Below are positions 60,714 through 64,000 of a stretch of DNA of 64,000 bases, in pieces. The first letter of the stretch is position 1; every line of letters starts with the position of its first letter. The translations under genes were made by a program, and so were the position numbers. This DNA comes from the human T2T-CHM13v2.0 reference genome, Homo sapiens. The DNA is taken from NCBI RefSeq assembly GCF_009914755.1, contig NC_060945.1; one strand, written 5' to 3'. Under the pieces are notes generated by a model. That model worked only from the letters and a program-made list of their open reading frames with translations, did no database searches and was not told the origin of the DNA.

Positions 60714-62385
60714 GTATGTGGCTTGGAGTGCTCACTTATGTTCAAATGGGTATTGGCAAAATGATAACACATTATTATTGTTGTATTACATATTTAAATA
60801 TTAATTATTTGTAAAAGAATTGTGCTTTTACTTTTTTGATGAAAGTACATGTGAATATCTAAAATCCATTTTCTAAGGAGACATTTTTCATGAAAACTTT
60901 GTATGAATGTCAGAGAAAGTCTGTTAAACCATATATCTGTAATTTAATGCAAAAGTATAAAAAGGTAAGTATCTTACAGAGTTTGAGGTTTTCAACAATA
61001 GTCTGTCTTTTTAAGATAGTGTTGTTTTCTCTTTCAAGATAAAATAATTATATTTACTGAAATAAGGACATGTTAGGAAATTTGTCATCGCTTTGAATAT
61101 AAATGTCATTGAAATATACGCACGGCTATTTTAAAAAGAAATATTTGTGCAGAGGAGAAAATAATATTAAAGTGTTTATCATTGCAATATCTATGTAGTA
61201 AATGATGCTTGGTTTCCATTCTTGATGTTATTTATTTTGCATCTCTAATAGCTCTGTTAAAACTATAGTAGATATCAAAAGCTGAAAAGATGAATATACG
61301 CCTAGATTCATGCACAGAATAATTAGAATAATTCAAAGCAAAGGCATTATTACAAAGTAGTAATAGTAGTATTCTTCTATTGGATGTATGTGGTACTAAC
61401 AAAACCATGGTGATCACACACTTCTTTACTGTGCACCAAAATAACTTTTTAATTTTATTATTTTTCAAAACAAATATTTATTTTTGTAACACCTAATATT
61501 TTCTTGCAGAGTAAACTGATTTAGGTTTCTCATCCTAAATCAAAGAAAAAATGTTGTCACAGATGAAGAAAATGATTTTATTTTCATAAATTCCCTCTGT
61601 CTACCCACAAGGGGCTGAAATAATTAATATTTACACAAATGCAAAGTACTACTCTATAGAAAAAAATTTAATATAAATCCTCGGGCCAATTTTAGTGATT
61701 GCATTTAGAGATTATTACAATGTAAATTCAAATTAACTGTATTAGATGTGGGTTCTACATTCTTCACTTTAGAAATAAGAGGTGTACATGAAAACTAGTT
61801 AAGAATATGCTCTTGGACCAGGCTATATTTTGGGAAAAAAGGGTAATTTAATAACTATTTCACAATTATAGAAAATTAATCACCAATATAAAATAATATG
61901 ATTAACAGTGATCTTAAACATATTTTACCTATACGTAAGTGGTGAGAAATTCTATACCCAGAAACAAACTATCAATTTGGTGAAAGCACTGGGTCATTAA
62001 AAACTTAATATATATTTCATGAGTAAGAGATATATTATTATGCTAACTTACTATCAGAACTCTAATCAGAACTCTTTCTCTACAGTTTGATGCTTGAGGT
62101 GACACATTGCTTTTATGACCTTGTATTGTCAATATTTTCAGTACTTGTGAATGCTAAAAAGGAATAACTGAGACTGCACTATTTATAACATATATAAAAT
62201 AGCCTGCTCTCATTGGTACAATGTTTTTTAATGTTTTTTTCATTCCCAGCAATGGATATTACTAGTTTTTGCCTATTACTTCTTTTGATTACTTCTGATT
62301 GCTTTGATCTGCAGAATGTTTTACCCTTCTCATTCAAAAATATAAAATAAATTACAAACAAATCCCAGATGAACTAGCATTGTAA

Positions 62386-62746
<361 letters not shown>

Positions 62747-63140
62747 TGGAATACTATTTCTAACTTAATTTTCTTGGTGTGGAAAAAGTATGTTGTTAAG
62801 GGAGAAAAACTCATCTCCAAATGTCATGTACACAATAGTAAACAATTGAATTTGCAAGTTTTAGGAAAATCTTGAAAGCACAATTCATTGGCATCGAAGT
62901 AGGGTTTATGACGCTGTCTTGATATTAAGAAATAAAGTTGTTATTGCTTCATAAGTTACAATTGCAAACAACTCAAAATCCGTGTTGCAAAGTGACATAA
63001 AAGTGACAAGAAAAACAATGTGAAAAGAGACAAAAGAAAACATATACAATAAATATTAAAAAGTGAGCAAGTCCTAAAATATGTTCATTTGCATTAAGTT
63101 CTAAGGAATATTGTTAATTCACTTAGTTTCTGAATTTTAT

Positions 63141-63403
63141 TTTATTTTATTTTAATAATAATTATTATTATTTGAGATGGAGTCTTGCTCTGTTGCCCAG
63201 GCTGAAGTGCAGTGGCATGATCTCAGCTCACTGCAATCTCCACCTCCCGGTTCAAGTGATTTCCGTCTAATTTTTGTAATTTTAGTAGATACCTGGTTTC
63301 ACCGTGTTGGCCCGGCTGGTCTTGAACTCCTGACCTCAAGTGATCCACCCGCCTCAGCATCCCAAAGTGCTAGGATTACAAGCATGAGCCACCACGCCCA
63401 GCC
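63141..63403 (-). mobile_element. AluS, antisense, with internal deletion
   Basis: Reverse Alu body lacking part of the right arm; TSD gtttctgaattttat. Confidence 0.9.
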
Positions 63404-63902
63404 TGGTTTCTGAATTTTATGTAACAGAATATGGCAACAATTATTAATTGTTTTCACTGGAGAAAACGTAGTGCTAATAAATCATATCATTGACATTTAA
63501 AAATATTTTGGCATTTTACCTTCCATAACATGTAATTATATTTTGGAGATCAACAACTAGTTACCAAATCTAAGCCACCCTATAGTGAGCAATTTGGTGC
63601 ATCTATATCTACAAATATATTGTTTCATTCATCATTCTGCATTACATTTTTAAAAGGCCAAGTAATTGTTTTTACTCTCTTTTAGATCTTTTTAAATCTA
63701 TTTTATATTATGTTAATAAATTTAATTTTTCCTTTCTAATTATTGTAGCACGTTTTCTCTATAAAATAGTAACTTATTTAGCATATATAAAATGTTAGCA
63801 TATTATTGGAGCATATTTTCCTTACAAAACAGTAACTTAAAGGTTAAGGTACGTCTCCTTAAATACCTCAGAAAATGAAGCTTATTATTTTTTATCTTCC
63901 AG

Positions 63903-64000
63903 AAAATTGCCTTTAAAGGAAGAAGATGGGAAAGAAGCTCTAAATCCAGAAACTATAGAAATTAAAGTTTCTAACGACATCATTCAATCAAAAGAAGACG
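63903..64000 (+). CDS. NCAM2: NCAM2 last coding exon (probably exon 18), cut off by the window end: (E)[32 protein letters not shown]...
   Basis: Acceptor tttttatcttccag|A; phase 2 matches the previous exon; open frame to the window end; matches recalled NCAM2 C-terminus. Confidence 0.95.

Noticed and set aside
60714-60804. In-frame read-through of the cytoplasmic exon into the intron ([10 protein letters not shown]...IFKY*)
   Set aside because: Short open stretch expected by chance; nothing in the sequence supports it as an isoform

Overview
Human genomic DNA (Alu/L1-rich, very AT-rich) covering the 3' part of NCAM2 (neural cell adhesion molecule 2/OCAM) on the + strand. I can read four canonical coding exons with correct splice sites and phases: the end of the second FnIII domain (3365-3545), the transmembrane exon (34929-35133), a cytoplasmic exon (60594-60713) and the start of the last exon (63903 to the window end). 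A fifth, alternative terminal exon missed by the ORF track (10529-10635) splices in frame to the FnIII exon and encodes a GPI-anchor signal (DKCCEANKGENGSQSWQLNAAGFSFIIAISLSCVF*). The most interesting region is the TM-versus-GPI switch around that exon. It has a ~166-nt AG-free acceptor region, a near-perfect 39-nt direct repeat on both sides of the exon (plus a partial third copy and a short complementary site), an inverted Alu pair, and a strong distal poly(A) signal implying a ~6.4 kb 3'UTR. The rest is intronic: 15 Alus, a twin-primed L1PB, a near full-length L1MC with nested insertions, L1MA/L1ME/L2/MIR/MER44/MLT1 fossils, microduplications and an AT-rich palindrome. No prokaryote-type system, CRISPR array, tRNA or rRNA is present. 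Repeat subfamily calls come from recalled consensus features and their boundaries are approximate.
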